From: Oikopleura dioica
Taxonomy: Eukaryota; Animalia; Chordata
Direction: 5' to 3'
Assembly: GCA_907165135.1 (NCBI GenBank)
Contig: OU015567.1
Coordinates: forward strand, 12,152,001 to 12,216,000
DNA: 64,000 nucleotides
The position numbers and the translations under genes were made by a program. Below, piece after piece: positions 36,550 through 48,700 of the stretch. Position 1 is the first letter of the stretch. Every line of letters starts with the position of its first letter. Below the pieces are notes generated by a model. The model searched no databases, was not told the origin of the DNA, and worked only from the letters and a program-made list of their open reading frames with translations.

Positions 36550-38747
36550 ATGAGCTCGAAAGAAGTGAGAAAACTTATTCCGTATGAGTCCGCCAGTTTG
36601 AGGATTGAGAGAAGAGGCGATTTTGAAAAGGAGAGAAGGTTTTCTAGGAGAAGAATACGATGCGATAGTGACAGGTCGATTGTACCAATCGTCATTTGTA
36701 ACAAGTCAGAAACGCACATGGGCGACACCGACTTGGAATCACTAAGTTCAGCAAGGTAAAGAGATTAACTGGGCTTGAGGACGTGTTTTTGTATCCATTC
36801 CTTCTTTTAGCATCTGTCAAGATGAAAACATCCTGCTTGATTACGAAGAAAAGATTAGAACTCTCGAAGACCGTCTTTTCGAAGAACAGTCTAAAATCTC
36901 AGCCTTGCTTTCTGAAAATACATCGCTCAAGGAGATATTTAAGCAAGTTCTTGAGGACAAGATCGCAGCAGAAAATGAGCTGGACATTTTGAAACTTGAA
37001 AACGAACGGGTCAAGTTTTCACTTAACGAAAAAGACGACGAAGTTGAAAAGCTCAAAAGTGACTCAGCCAGAGACGATTCTAGAGAAAAGATACTAGAGC
37101 TTGAAGAGGAGCTGGTAAAAGTCTACGGCAAACTTGTCGAAGTCAACGACGAAAGAGACTTTTTCAAAAATCTCTTCGAGTCGCTTTCAACTGAAAAATC
37201 TTCTGAAAACTCGAAAGATGCTCTGAATCAAAAAGAATTGAAACTTGTGACTGAAAAATTCGAAGAGCAAAAAGAGCTAGCCTTCAATCGTTCAGAAAAT
37301 TTGGAGAAAATATCAGTAGAAGCAGAGAGCCTACGGAAAGAGAACAAAAATCTTAAGAGAATTTCATTCGAAAGCAAAATGTTGCTCAATCAACTGGGCA
37401 GAGAAAACGCAGAACTAAAGGACAATATCAGACAAAATCAAGAGAATCTCCTCGTTTTAAAGTCAACACAGCAAAATTGTGCAAAACTCGAGTCTGAAAT
37501 TCAAATCAAAAACGAAAACATCAAAAATCTATTAGATGAAAGTCATCTAGTAAAATCTAAAATGCAAAAAATTGAGCAAGAACTCGAAGAACTAAAAGAA
37601 GAAAGAGAGCAATTTTGCGAGAACTTCGAAATGGCGAAAAATGACCTGCTGATTTGCCGGAGAAGACTCAATAATAGAGAAGAAACAATTCTGGTCCAAA
37701 ATTTAAAGATTGATGCTCTTGAGGACATCGTTCGGAGATTTCCAGCACCTAAATCTAAATTTACCGTCAGTTCTCAAACACCTATCAATCAACTAGTCGA
37801 CTCAGAAGTGCAAACTGAAACAAATGCTTGCGAAGATCAAGATTTTCTTCCACCTGAAATTCATTTTCAACTTCCAGATCAACTCGAAGAAGACTTTGCT
37901 GAGTATCACGAGTACCCAGAAGAACACTTTATAGAAGAGGACGAATTCTCACAAGCAGCTGAATCTCAAGAGTCACCACCATTGCAAATGTCGAGCATCG
38001 AAGAAAGCATTCAACAGTACTTTGATGAATTTTGCGCTCCTGTTTCTCAAGAGCAGGATAGAGGATATCTACTTTCAAATCGAAATATTGCTAGCAGTAG
38101 GTCCTCATCGCGTATATCTGGGTCAACCCTGTGCTCCACCTCTGAAATGAAAGAGGAAGAAAGAAAATACCGTCGGAAGATTCGACAACTGGAAGTTGCT
38201 TTCAACAAAGCTATGAGTTCGAAAAGACGAAAAGCAGAGAAACTTCAAGGTAGGACTTCTCATAAGATATCTAAAACTCGTTTTAGCTTTGGAACACCGT
38301 CTTCTTTCAATTGCTCAAAATGACGAGAAGCTCAAGTTGGAGCTTGAAAAGTCACGTGATCAACTTCATGCATTAGAGATTTCTTCCGCCGTTAAAATTG
38401 AGTCAGTTCTGAATTCAAAAAGGGTGGAAATTGAAAAGATGCGAAAGCAGCACTACGAAGATAGAAGTAGACTTTTTCAGGCTGAAAAACATGCCTCAAG
38501 ATTATTGCGAAGAGCCAAAGATGCAGAGGAAAAAGTGGAAAAGTTCAAAAATCGAAATAACGCTGAAAAATCAGGAAGCGGGTTTTTTTCTTCGTGATGA
38601 AGTTTCCAATAGTCTATTGGCAAAAGAATAGAAATGACCTGCGAGTAAGACATTCTTTCAGAGAAGCTTTCCTGCTTTCGTGCAAAACTTAAACTACTCG
38701 ATCGTCAAGTGGAAAGCTTCTCGACACCGAAGAATTCTCTTCCTTGA
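36550..38747 (+). CDS. Long coiled-coil protein of unknown function (exon ends approximate)
   Basis: 472-aa E/K/L-rich ORF linked by short GT-AG introns to neighbouring ORFs. Confidence 0.65.
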
Positions 38748-38926
38748 TATCTGTCGAAAGAACAATCAATTAAAATTGTAACATAATTGGTAAGCAGTAC
38801 TGTCAATAATCACTGCTTTTCCTTCCATTATAAAGTTTTTGAAAGTTTATTGAAAATCTCGAATAAGAAAAAACGAGGTTGAATGGTACAGCCCAAAAAT
38901 CAAAATCAGGAAAATTTATACAGGAT

Positions 38927-39298
38927 CTATTTGGAAATGATTCTTTGTGCAGAGTTTGGAATATGATTATTATCCTTGTCGACAAGTTGTGTCTTGAATT
39001 TGGAAGTTTCTGGCATTTTGGAAAGGTTGCGGCAGATCTCTTCTATTTTTAGTTTTTTCGTCTTTTTCGTTTTGATATCATCTTGTATTTTTCTGAATTT
39101 GCATTTTCGAATAAATACTGAACACCCGTTTCCCGAATTTTCGGAGTATCCGAAAATTCGAATGGTATTTACGAACCTTTTATCAGCAGGCTTTACTGAA
39201 GTCCAATTGCTACTGAGCTTTCTCAGGGAGAGTCTTATCGTTTCATATTTTACAGGTTTTTCGAAGGTGAGTTCGCTCAGGTCGATTTTACTCGGCAT
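38927..39298 (-). CDS. Hypothetical basic protein downstream of CDC27
   Basis: 123-aa ATG ORF, co-oriented with CDC27; no motif recognised. Confidence 0.35.
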   Translation of the reverse strand: MPSKIDLSELTFEKPVKYETIRLSLRKLSSNWTSVKPADKRFVNTIRIFGYSENSGNGCSVFIRKCKFRKIQDDIKTKKTKKLKIEEICRNLSKMPETSKFKTQLVDKDNNHIPNSAQRIISK

Positions 39299-39700
39299 GC
39301 CACATTTGCATGTTCCTTAATTTTTGCTTGAAATATCGGAATAAAGAAGGAACCCTGACCATCTGTTGTGCAGTACTTCACGATATCATCGGTGTTTCTT
39401 AGAATCGTTCCATCGGGAGCTCGGTAAACAACATGTCCTAATAGAAAATAGTAAAAGAGATTTAAAAATAATTCTTGCCTTGATCTCCATTACGTTCAAT
39501 ATCTTTCTTCAGCCCGGATATCAGTGTCATAATAAATTTCTCGTCATTCTACAAAATTATAATTAAAATCAACAAAGACTCGCCCGGTGAATCTATAATC
39601 TTTTATATTCCGGTGGAAACTGTCCTGAGATATGCAAGTGATGCAGTTATAGTTAAATGATTGAGTTATTATTTATTTTCTTTTTTGGCAGGGTGAGTGA

Positions 39701-42700
39701 CTAAAAATCATCATTGAGCAGATCTTCGAGGTTTTGAAGACTCGTGTCGGTCTCCATTTCGGACGTTTCAATCGCCGTCGGAGTTACAGAAATTGAAGAT
39801 TCCATCGATTGATCCCGCTCGTAGTTGGCAATGTCTGCCAGTTCTGATGAGTCGTGAGCTGAAAATTCAATTGAAACATGGGAAACATCAAAAGCTTCAC
39901 CTTTTTGCTTGTGATTTCCCTTTGGATCGAGCTGATTAGCAATTTGCATATGCTTGTTGCCAAGATATTTCTGCCCTAAATGATGGTATGCCTTTGCCAT
40001 GGTGTAATTGACAAGGGCCAGTTTGGGGTGAATCTTGTCAAGATGTATCAACTCGTTGAGCGCTTTCTGATAGTCGCCGAGGTTATAATACATGTTCGCT
40101 TTCATGAAGAGCGCGTTCGCTTGTGTTGGATCAAACTGCAGCGCCTAGAAACAAACGTACTATATGTAGGGATATCGCACAAATTTTCAGGTACCCAAAA
40201 AAGGGTCCATGCCAATTTTTAGATTGATGATTTAGTAGAACTTTGTACGAGGAGTTCAATGCTGCCAAAATCATCCCATAATAATGAGTCATTTTCGTAA
40301 AAATGACGTTCAAAGAGCTCATTTTTGGATCAGTACGAGAACTCTTATTCAGTAACGATTTTATATTTTTTCCTTATAGATATTGAGCTGAGAAATCTAA
40401 ATCTGCAAAAAAATTCACTGACGCACCTCGCGTTTTGAAAATATGAATTTTTAAAGTTTTCCGAGGTGAATTCTAAGCGGGGTTGCGTCATTTTGGAGGC
40501 GGCCGCCAGGGGGCGCGCGCGCTGCATGGCCAAGCTAGCCCGACTCACATTCTTTTCTCTTCACAATTTTATGCTATTTTTCATAAAATTGCATATTTCT
40601 GGAGCTTTTAAGATGATTTTTTTTCGATGAATAAGGATTTTAATTGATAATAAAAATATTTCATAAAAAATGAGTTTCTAATTATAAATTATAGCTTAAT
40701 TAGATAGTATTTTTCAATTTTTCACAGGTTAAGAATGAGTTTTATCATAAAACTTTTATGAAAATGAACCTAAAGTAACTCTCACGCAAAAGAAATTCCC
40801 CGCAACAAATTACGGCGTCGACGCTGATTGCTTGCGAATTCCGATTTCTTACATAAAATCAACTGACAGCAAGAGCCGAAAACCGAAGGTGCCGACAAAG
40901 CTTCACCTAACGAGTCGAATACTTTTTGTGAGTGAATGAAGGTCTTTACTGGAAGCTCGGTTTTTCCTACTATAAAGTCGAGTAAGACTACTTTCGGAAG
41001 CTATTTTAGAACATTTTCTATCGAATCAGTGGAGAAATCGTGCTACGTTTGATAGTGAGCTCGGAGATAAATGTAATTCCTGGAGCATTTGGTTTGTGAA
41101 TAACGAGCAGTATGGAGTCGATACTGTCAGTTCCTCCTTCAGACTTGAGCGTCAAAGTGTAAACGATTCCAAAAACCTTTGATTTCTACAATTTCTCCGA
41201 CATCATTTTTGACCGCTTAGGTAACTTTGGTACACATCTTTTTCGGCGATTTTTTTTTCGTCAGATGCTTGACCATTTTCTTTTGCAAATCGGACATTTT
41301 TGGATTCAACTGGAGAAAGCCCTGGCCGGGTGTTGGCGCTTTAGCCGCGGCGAGTGCGGCTATGTTGGCTTTTTGCGGCTATTCGGGCTTGTTTATCGGA
41401 GATGGAAGAACTTTGTTCTGGAGCGGGATTCTTTTGGGATTCGGCAGTAGGATCCGGGCATTTGAAATTTGCGAGGGCCGTTTCAGCCCCGTTCCTTCAT
41501 TTTTGAATTTAAGGGGCTTGACGGCCCTTCGGGCCGTTTCAGCCCCGTTCCTTCATTTTTGAATTTAAGGGCTTGACGGCCCTTCGGGCCGTTTCAGCCC
41601 CGTTCCTTCATTTTTGAATTTAAGGGCTTGACGGCCCTTCGGGCCGTTTCAGCCCCGTTCCTTCATTTTTGAATTTAAGGGCTTGACGGCCCTTCGGGCC
41701 GTTTCAGCCCCGTTCCTTCATTTTTGAATTTAAGGGGCTTGACGGCCCTTCGGGCCGTTTCAGCCCCGTTCCTTCATTTTTGAATTTAAGGGGCTTGACG
41801 GCCCTTCGGGCCGTTTCAGCCCCGTTCCTTCATTTTTGAATTTAAGGGGCTTGACGGCCCTTCGGGCCGTTTCAGCCCCGTTCCTTCATTTTTGAATTTA
41901 AGGGGCTTGACGGCCCTTCGGGCCGTTTCAGCCCCGTTCCTTCATTTTTGAATTTAAGGGGCTTGACGGCCCTTCGGGCCGTTTCAGCCCCGTTCCTTCA
42001 TTTTTGAATTTAAGGGGCTTGACGGCCCTTCGGGCCGTTTCAGCCCCGTTCCTTCATTTTTGAATTTAAGGGGCTTGACGGCCCTTCGGGCCGTTTCAGC
42101 CCCGTTCCTTCATTTTTGAATTTAAGGGGCTTGACGGCCCTTCGGGCCGTTTCAGCCCCGTTCCTTCATTTTTGAATTTAAGGGCTTGACGGCCCTTCGG
42201 GCCGTTTCAGCCCCGTTCCTTCATTTTTGAATTTAAGGGGCTTGACGGCCCTTCGGGCCGTTTCAGCCCCGTTCCTTCATTTTTGAATTTAAGGGCTTGA
42301 CGGCCCTTCGGGCCGTTTCAGCCCCGTTCCTTCATTTTTGAATTTAAGGGCTTGACGGCCCTTCGGGCCGTTTCAGCCCCGTTCCTTCATTTTTGAATTT
42401 AAGGGCTTGACGGCCCTTCGGGCCGTTTCAGCCCCGTTCCTTCATTTTGAATTTAAGGGGCTTGACGGCCCTTCGGGCCGTTTCAGCCCCGTTCCTTCAT
42501 TTTTGAATTTAAGGGCTTGACGGCCCTTCGGGCCGTTTCAGCCCCGTTCCTTCATTTTTGAATTTAAGGGGCTTGACGGCCCTTCGGGCCGTTTCAGCCC
42601 CGTTCCTTCATTTTTGAATTTAAGGGCTTGACGGCCCTTCGGGCCGTTTCAGCCCCGTTCCTTCATTTTTGAATTTAAGGGGCTTGACGGCCCTTCGGGC

Positions 42701-45700
42701 CGTTTCAGCCCCGTTCCTTCATTTTTGAATTTAAGGGGCTTGACGGCCCTTCGGGCCGTTTCAGCCCCGTTCCTTCATTTTTGAATTTAAGGGGCTTGAC
42801 GGCCCTTCGGGCCGTTTCAGCCCCGTTCCTTCATTTTTGAATTTAAGGGGCTTGACGGCCCTTCGGGCCGTTTCAGCCCCGTTCCTTCATTTTTGAATTT
42901 AAGGGGCTTGACGGCCCTTCGGGCCGTTTCAGCCCCGTTCCTTCATTTTTGAATTTAAGGGCTTGACGGCCCTTCGGGCCGTTTCAGCCCCGTTCCTTCA
43001 TTTTTGAATTTAAGGGGCTTGACGGCCCTTCGGGCCGTTTCAGCCCCGTTCCTTCATTTTTGAATTTAAGGGGCTTGACGGCCCTTCGGGCCGTTTCAGC
43101 CCCGTTCCTTCATTTTGAATTTAAGGGGCTTGACGGCCCTTCGGGCCGTTTCAGCCCCGTTCCTTCATTTTTGAATTTAAGGGCTTGACGGCCCTTCGGG
43201 CCGTTTCAGCCCCGTTCCTTCATTTTTGAATTTAAGGGGCTTGACGGCCCTTCGGGCCGTTTCAGCCCCGTTCCTTCATTTTTGAATTTAAGGGGCTTGA
43301 CGGCCCTTCGGGCCGTTTCAGCCCCGTTCCTTCATTTTTGAATTTAAGGGCTTGACGGCCCTTCGGGCCGTTTCAGCCCCGTTCCTTCATTTTTGAATTT
43401 AAGGGGCTTGACGGCCCTTCGGGCCGTTTCAGCCCCGTTCCTTCATTTTTGAATTTAAGGGCTTGACGGCCCTTCGGGCCGTTTCAGCCCCGTTCCTTCA
43501 TTTTGAATTTAAGGGCTTGACGGCCCTTCGGGCCGTTTCAGCCCCGTTCCTTCATTTTTGAATTTAAGGGGCTTGACGGCCCTTCGGGCCGTTTCAGCCC
43601 CGTTCCTTCATTTTTGAATTTAAGGGCTTGACGGCCCTTCGGGCCGTTTCAGCCCCGTTCCTTCATTTTTGAATTTAAGGGGCTTGACGGCCCTTCGGGC
43701 CGTTTCAGCCCCGTTCCTTCATTTTTGAATTTAAGGGGCTTGACGGCCCTTCGGGCCGTTTCAGCCCCGTTCCTTCATTTTTGAATTTAAGGGGCTTGAC
43801 GGCCCTTCGGGCCGTTTCAGCCCCGTTCCTTCATTTTTGAATTTAAGGGCTTGACGGCCCTTCGGGCCGTTTCAGCCCCGTTCCTTCATTTTTGAATTTA
43901 AGGGGCTTGACGGCCCTTCGGGCCGTTTCAGCCCCGTTCCTTCATTTTTGAATTTAAGGGCTTGACGGCCCTTCGGGCCGTTTCAGCCCCGTTCCTTCAT
44001 TTTTGAATTTAAGGGCTTGACGGCCCTTCGGGCCGTTTCAGCCCCGTTCCTTCATTTTTGAATTTAAGGGGCTTGACGGCCCTTCGGGCCGTTTCAGCCC
44101 CGTTCCTTCATTTTTGAATTTAAGGGGCTTGACGGCCCTTCGGGCCGTTTCAGCCCCGTTCCTTCATTTTTGAATTTAAGGGCTTGACGGCCCTTCGGGC
44201 CGTTTCAGCCCCGTTCCTTCATTTTTGAATTTAAGGGGCTTGACGGCCCTTCGGGCCGTTTCAGCCCCGTTCCTTCATTTTTGAATTTAAGGGGCTTGAC
44301 GGCCCTTCGGGCCGTTTCAGCCCCGTTCCTTCATTTTTGAATTTAAGGGGCTTGACGGCCCTTCGGGCCGTTTCAGCCCCGTTCCTTCATTTTGAATTTA
44401 AGGGCTTGACGGCCCTTCGGGCCGTTTCAGCCCCGTTCCTTCATTTTTGAATTTAAGGGCTTGACGGCCCTTCGGGCCGTTTCAGCCCCGTTCCTTCATT
44501 TTTGAATTTAAGGGCTTGACGGCCCTTCGGGCCGTTTCAGCCCCGTTCCTTCATTTTTGAATTTAAGGGGCTTGACGGCCCTTCGGGCCGTTTCAGCCCC
44601 GTTCCTTCATTTTTGAATTTAAGGGGCTTGACGGCCCTTCGGGCCGTTTCAGCCCCGTTCCTTCATTTTTGAATTTAAGGGGCTTGACGGCCCTTCGGGC
44701 CGTTTCAGCCCCGTTCCTTCATTTTTGAATTTAAGGGGCTTGACGGCCCTTCGGGCCGTTTCAGCCCCGTTCCTTCATTTTTGAATTTAAGGGGCTTGAC
44801 GGCCCTTCGGGCCGTTTCAGCCCCGTTCCTTCATTTTTGAATTTAAGGGGCTTGACGGCCCTTCGGGCCGTTTCAGCCCCGTTCCTTCATTTTGAATTTA
44901 AGGGGCTTGACGGCCCTTCGGGCCGTTTCAGCCCCGTTCCTTCATTTTTGAATTTAAGGGGCTTGACGGCCCTTCGGGCCGTTTCAGCCCCGTTCCTTCA
45001 TTTTTGAATTTAAGGGGCTTGACGGCCCTTCGGGCCGTTTCAGCCCCGTTCCTTCATTTTTGAATTTAAGGGGCTTGACGGCCCTTCGGGCCGTTTCAGC
45101 CCCGTTCCTTCATTTTTGAATTTAAGGGCTTGACGGCCCTTCGGGCCGTTTCAGCCCCGTTCCTTCATTTTTGAATTTAAGGGGCTTGACGGCCCTTCGG
45201 GCCGTTTCAGCCCCGTTCCTTCATTTTTGAATTTAAGGGGCTTGACGGCCCTTCGGGCCGTTTCAGCCCCGTTCCTTCATTTTTGAATTTAAGGGGCTTG
45301 ACGGCCCTTCGGGCCGTTTCAGCCCCGTTCCTTCATTTTTGAATTTAAGGGGCTTGACAAAGGCTTGGAACTCTGAATTGATCAATCTCAGTTTTGTCCC
45401 CAACCCCGCCCACACCCATTGTTTTAAAAATTCATATTATTTAAGCTCTTTTCTTTTGTTATGGTTTTGTTCTACCCGCCGATCTAGAAGGATAGATGCA
45501 ATATTTTTCGCTTCTTCGGAGCAAAATGAGCTGCGTCTCGTGTTATCAAAGTCTCAGAGACAGAAAATCTTGAGATTTACTGGATGTTAGATTTTCTGGA
45601 AAAGGCGATTTTCTGGAACTTCTTGAAAATCGTATATTCCAGAAAATCTAACTTCCAGAAAATCGCCTCTCTCGGCGCCAATCGGCCAACGACTCCGCCA

Positions 45701-48700
45701 TGAACGTCTCGGTCGACGATTACCCAATGATAAGGGCACTTTTCCGCGTCCATTCTTGAGCACAGCTTTCCATTAGGCATCGGAGCATCGGAGGTGTAGA
45801 AACATTCCACCTGACAAGGATAGAACGTAATCGGAAGACCTTCCCGAAAAGTGAGTCACCCTCATTTGGGCACAATGAGTTCTCGCATCGTCCTCGACCG
45901 CAAAAACAGTTCGGAAAGGATCTTTACTTTCTGCGCGCATTTTTGCCTCGCTGATTCCACAACAGAAAAGAACTTCCAAGATGCGCTTTTATCTCTTGTT
46001 GATTCCTTGAGAGGGCAGTTTTCGAGAAATAGCATGCAAAAATAACGCTTCTTCTACCTCTTGGACAGATGAGCCGCGAAAATCTTGATTTGATGCTTTC
46101 CGAAACTTTGAAGTATTTCACGAAATTCCTAACAAAAAACTTTACACGCAACCTTCAAAAAATCTTTACAGCGTCATCTCCCATAATTTATGAATAGATG
46201 GTAAATAAAGTGGTCTTCAAGGATTATTTTGGTCCAAGAATCATTGATTTTCAAGGTTCCAGTCCCGAGAAATTATCATTTTACTGAACCTGTTTGAGCC
46301 TTTTTGTGAGCAAGGCTCTCAGGAGCGTCCACCAATCAGCGCGCAGCCGAAAACAGAAAAGCGCCACAAGCGTCGAGAGAGAAAAAAACAACTCCCGAAA
46401 GTTCATTTCTAGCGATTGCTAGGTGCGTCAGTGAATTTTTTTGCAGATTTGGAATCCTGGTCCAAATTTATGTTAGTCTATCATTTTCAATTTCCAAACT
46501 TTTGAAGTTTTCGCTCTGATCGAAAAAATCACCCCTTGACACATCATTTTTACGAAAATGACTGATAATTATGAAATGATTTCTACACCATTGGAATCCT
46601 CGTCCAAAGTTCTACTAGTTCATCAATCTAAAAATTACTCAGGACCCTTTTTTCGGGTACCTGAAAATTTGTGCGATATCCCTAACTATATGAGGCTAGA
46701 ATATGTCAGCTTTCATACTTTATTGAAGCATTGGAGAGCTTTATTCAGTTCTCCTTTCTTGTGGCGAATCTGGCCCATGTATGACCAAACAGTAGCGTTC
46801 TTTGGATAGTATCTCAGCGCTAGAAAGCAGTTGTAATTAAGATTCAGTTGTAAATTTCCCAACCTGTTAATAAATAACTCTCTGCAAGGTCGTACTTCTC
46901 TGCATTGATGAAAACATCACCAATGCTCGTCAACGCATTGACAAATCTCGCCTTGTGCTTTATTGCGTTCTTGAAGCACTTGATTGCGCTGTCGTTTTCT
47001 TCCTTCAGAACATACTCGTGTCCCAACAAGTGGAAAGCATAGTGTCGACATTCTGTTTGCTGACCAGCAGCAAAATCGGAATCGCAGATTTGCACAGCGC
47101 GCGAGAAATATGTCGTTGCTTTGTCGCGCCGCTCATTGTACGAGAACAGATTTCCAAGGATGCACATAGTTTCTGGACGGTTTCTGGCCTTGGTAACGAA
47201 GCGATTTGCGAGATGCTCGAGGGATATTTGATCTTTCAAATGTTGACAAAGATAAAATTCATACATATTTATAAAACTATTATTCAACCAGTTCCTTGTA
47301 ATCTATACAAACAGGAAGCATAGAACTCCATTCCAACAACGCGATACGGTTCCAGTTCCAAAAGCTCTTTGTACTGCACCTTAGCTAATTGGAACTTTTG
47401 ATCGTCCATGTATGTTCGGGCAATCTCATTCAGAACCCAGCCTGTTTGTCTCTGCGAAGGTGGAAGAGAGTTGAGCATCGAACGCGCCTAGGGGCAGGTT
47501 GTTCATAATTGACTTGACTTATTATTTTACCTCGACAAATCTCTGTTCTGATCTTGCCAAATACGCATGTCCCATGATTCTGTAATACTTGACCAACTCG
47601 ATGGCCGACCTCTTCGACTTCATGTCGTCCTGTAAGCTCTTGTAAATTGTAAATTAAAATCCTTATTATTTGTCAAAAACAGCGACAAAAGCGTTATGTT
47701 TTTGCAGCTTTGACGGCGGACACTTACGGGTACCTGCTTCCTGAACTCGTCAAATTGGCGGTTTAGTCTTTCACGCGAAAGAGATTTATCAGGATCTTCG
47801 GAAGGCTCCGTCTCTGGTTGATTCTGACTCGTCAAGCGAGGAATACGAGGCGAGGAGGAGCTTGTGTTCACTGATGATCTGGTTACTCTGCGGGTCGGCA
47901 TCTCCGAATTCTCTTTCGACCCCTTTTCGTCGACTTTCATCGTCGATTGACGAGGAATGTTGACGTTTGGACGACTGAAAAGCCTTCTACCAGGCTGCTG
48001 AAGCTCTGATCTTTCTATTCTGCTTCCAGCTGTCTTCTTCTTTATCTTTTTTATTTCTTGCATGTGACTTCTCAATTCTTCTGTATTTTGCCCAAGCGCT
48101 ATAAATTTCCATAAATTTTATAATTAAATGAGGCTTACGAGTTGTTTTATCCGTGTGCATGGCAATTGGAGAAAAGTTATCGAAACTCGTCAGACTTGAA
48201 TGCAGAACAGTCGGGGTAGAGACAGTCCTTTGAATTGGTGTAACCGCATCGGCGCTCGTGGCAGTAGAAGCTCCGACGTTTGTGTTAGTGACTGGTTGAA
48301 GAGCTTGTTTCGCTTGTTTTCGAAAGGGAATGTCCTTTAAAAAACGGTTAGGGAGTGCGAAAAAACGTTTGGCTTACTTTAAGTCTTTGGTCAAAAGCAG
48401 AAGAAGGCTCGCGATAAGGCGATATACAGTCCAAGAGATTAAAGTATTTGTGTGTTGTACAATCGAGGATTTTATCCGGATCGCCACCCTAAATGAAAAT
48501 TGATTGATTCAAAATAGCTCATAAAAAATACCTTTCCCATGTCGCAAAGTTCTTGATACGGCGTAAACAGAAACGGATTGTGTTTCAGTGCCATTTTGTA
48601 GCACTCTGACGCGCGGTCGGCGAGTCCCTGCCTTTTGTGAAGATAACCAGCGAGGGAGAGGGCATAGGCAGCAGAGTCTTCGAACTCGTGCTGAAAGGCG

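Larger units (their letters stand above)
40167..46684. mobile_element. hAT-like non-autonomous element (6518 bp), ~265-bp imperfect terminal inverted repeats, 8-bp TSD
   Basis: ACTATATG at 40159-40166 and 46685-46692. Termini TAGGGATATCGCACAAATTTTCAGGTACCC and its reverse complement. Inverted similarity extends to about 40430 and 46421. Confidence 0.9.

Noticed and set aside
40167-40168. TA target duplication (Tc1/mariner) for the CDC27 intron element
   Set aside because: A perfect 8-bp TSD (ACTATATG) lies outside the TA, so the TA belongs to TAGGG termini.
41490-41510. CATTTTTGA in each unit resembles an Sm site and, from memory, part of the Oikopleura SL exon
   Set aside because: A 9-nt AT-rich match is not significant; there is no splice donor or other SL RNA feature.
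41475-45358. Array as CRISPR, or as tandem hammerhead ribozymes (the minus strand has GAAAC-stem-GTC)
   Set aside because: There are no unique spacers or cas genes and the context is eukaryotic. The CUGAUGA core and stem II of a hammerhead are missing.
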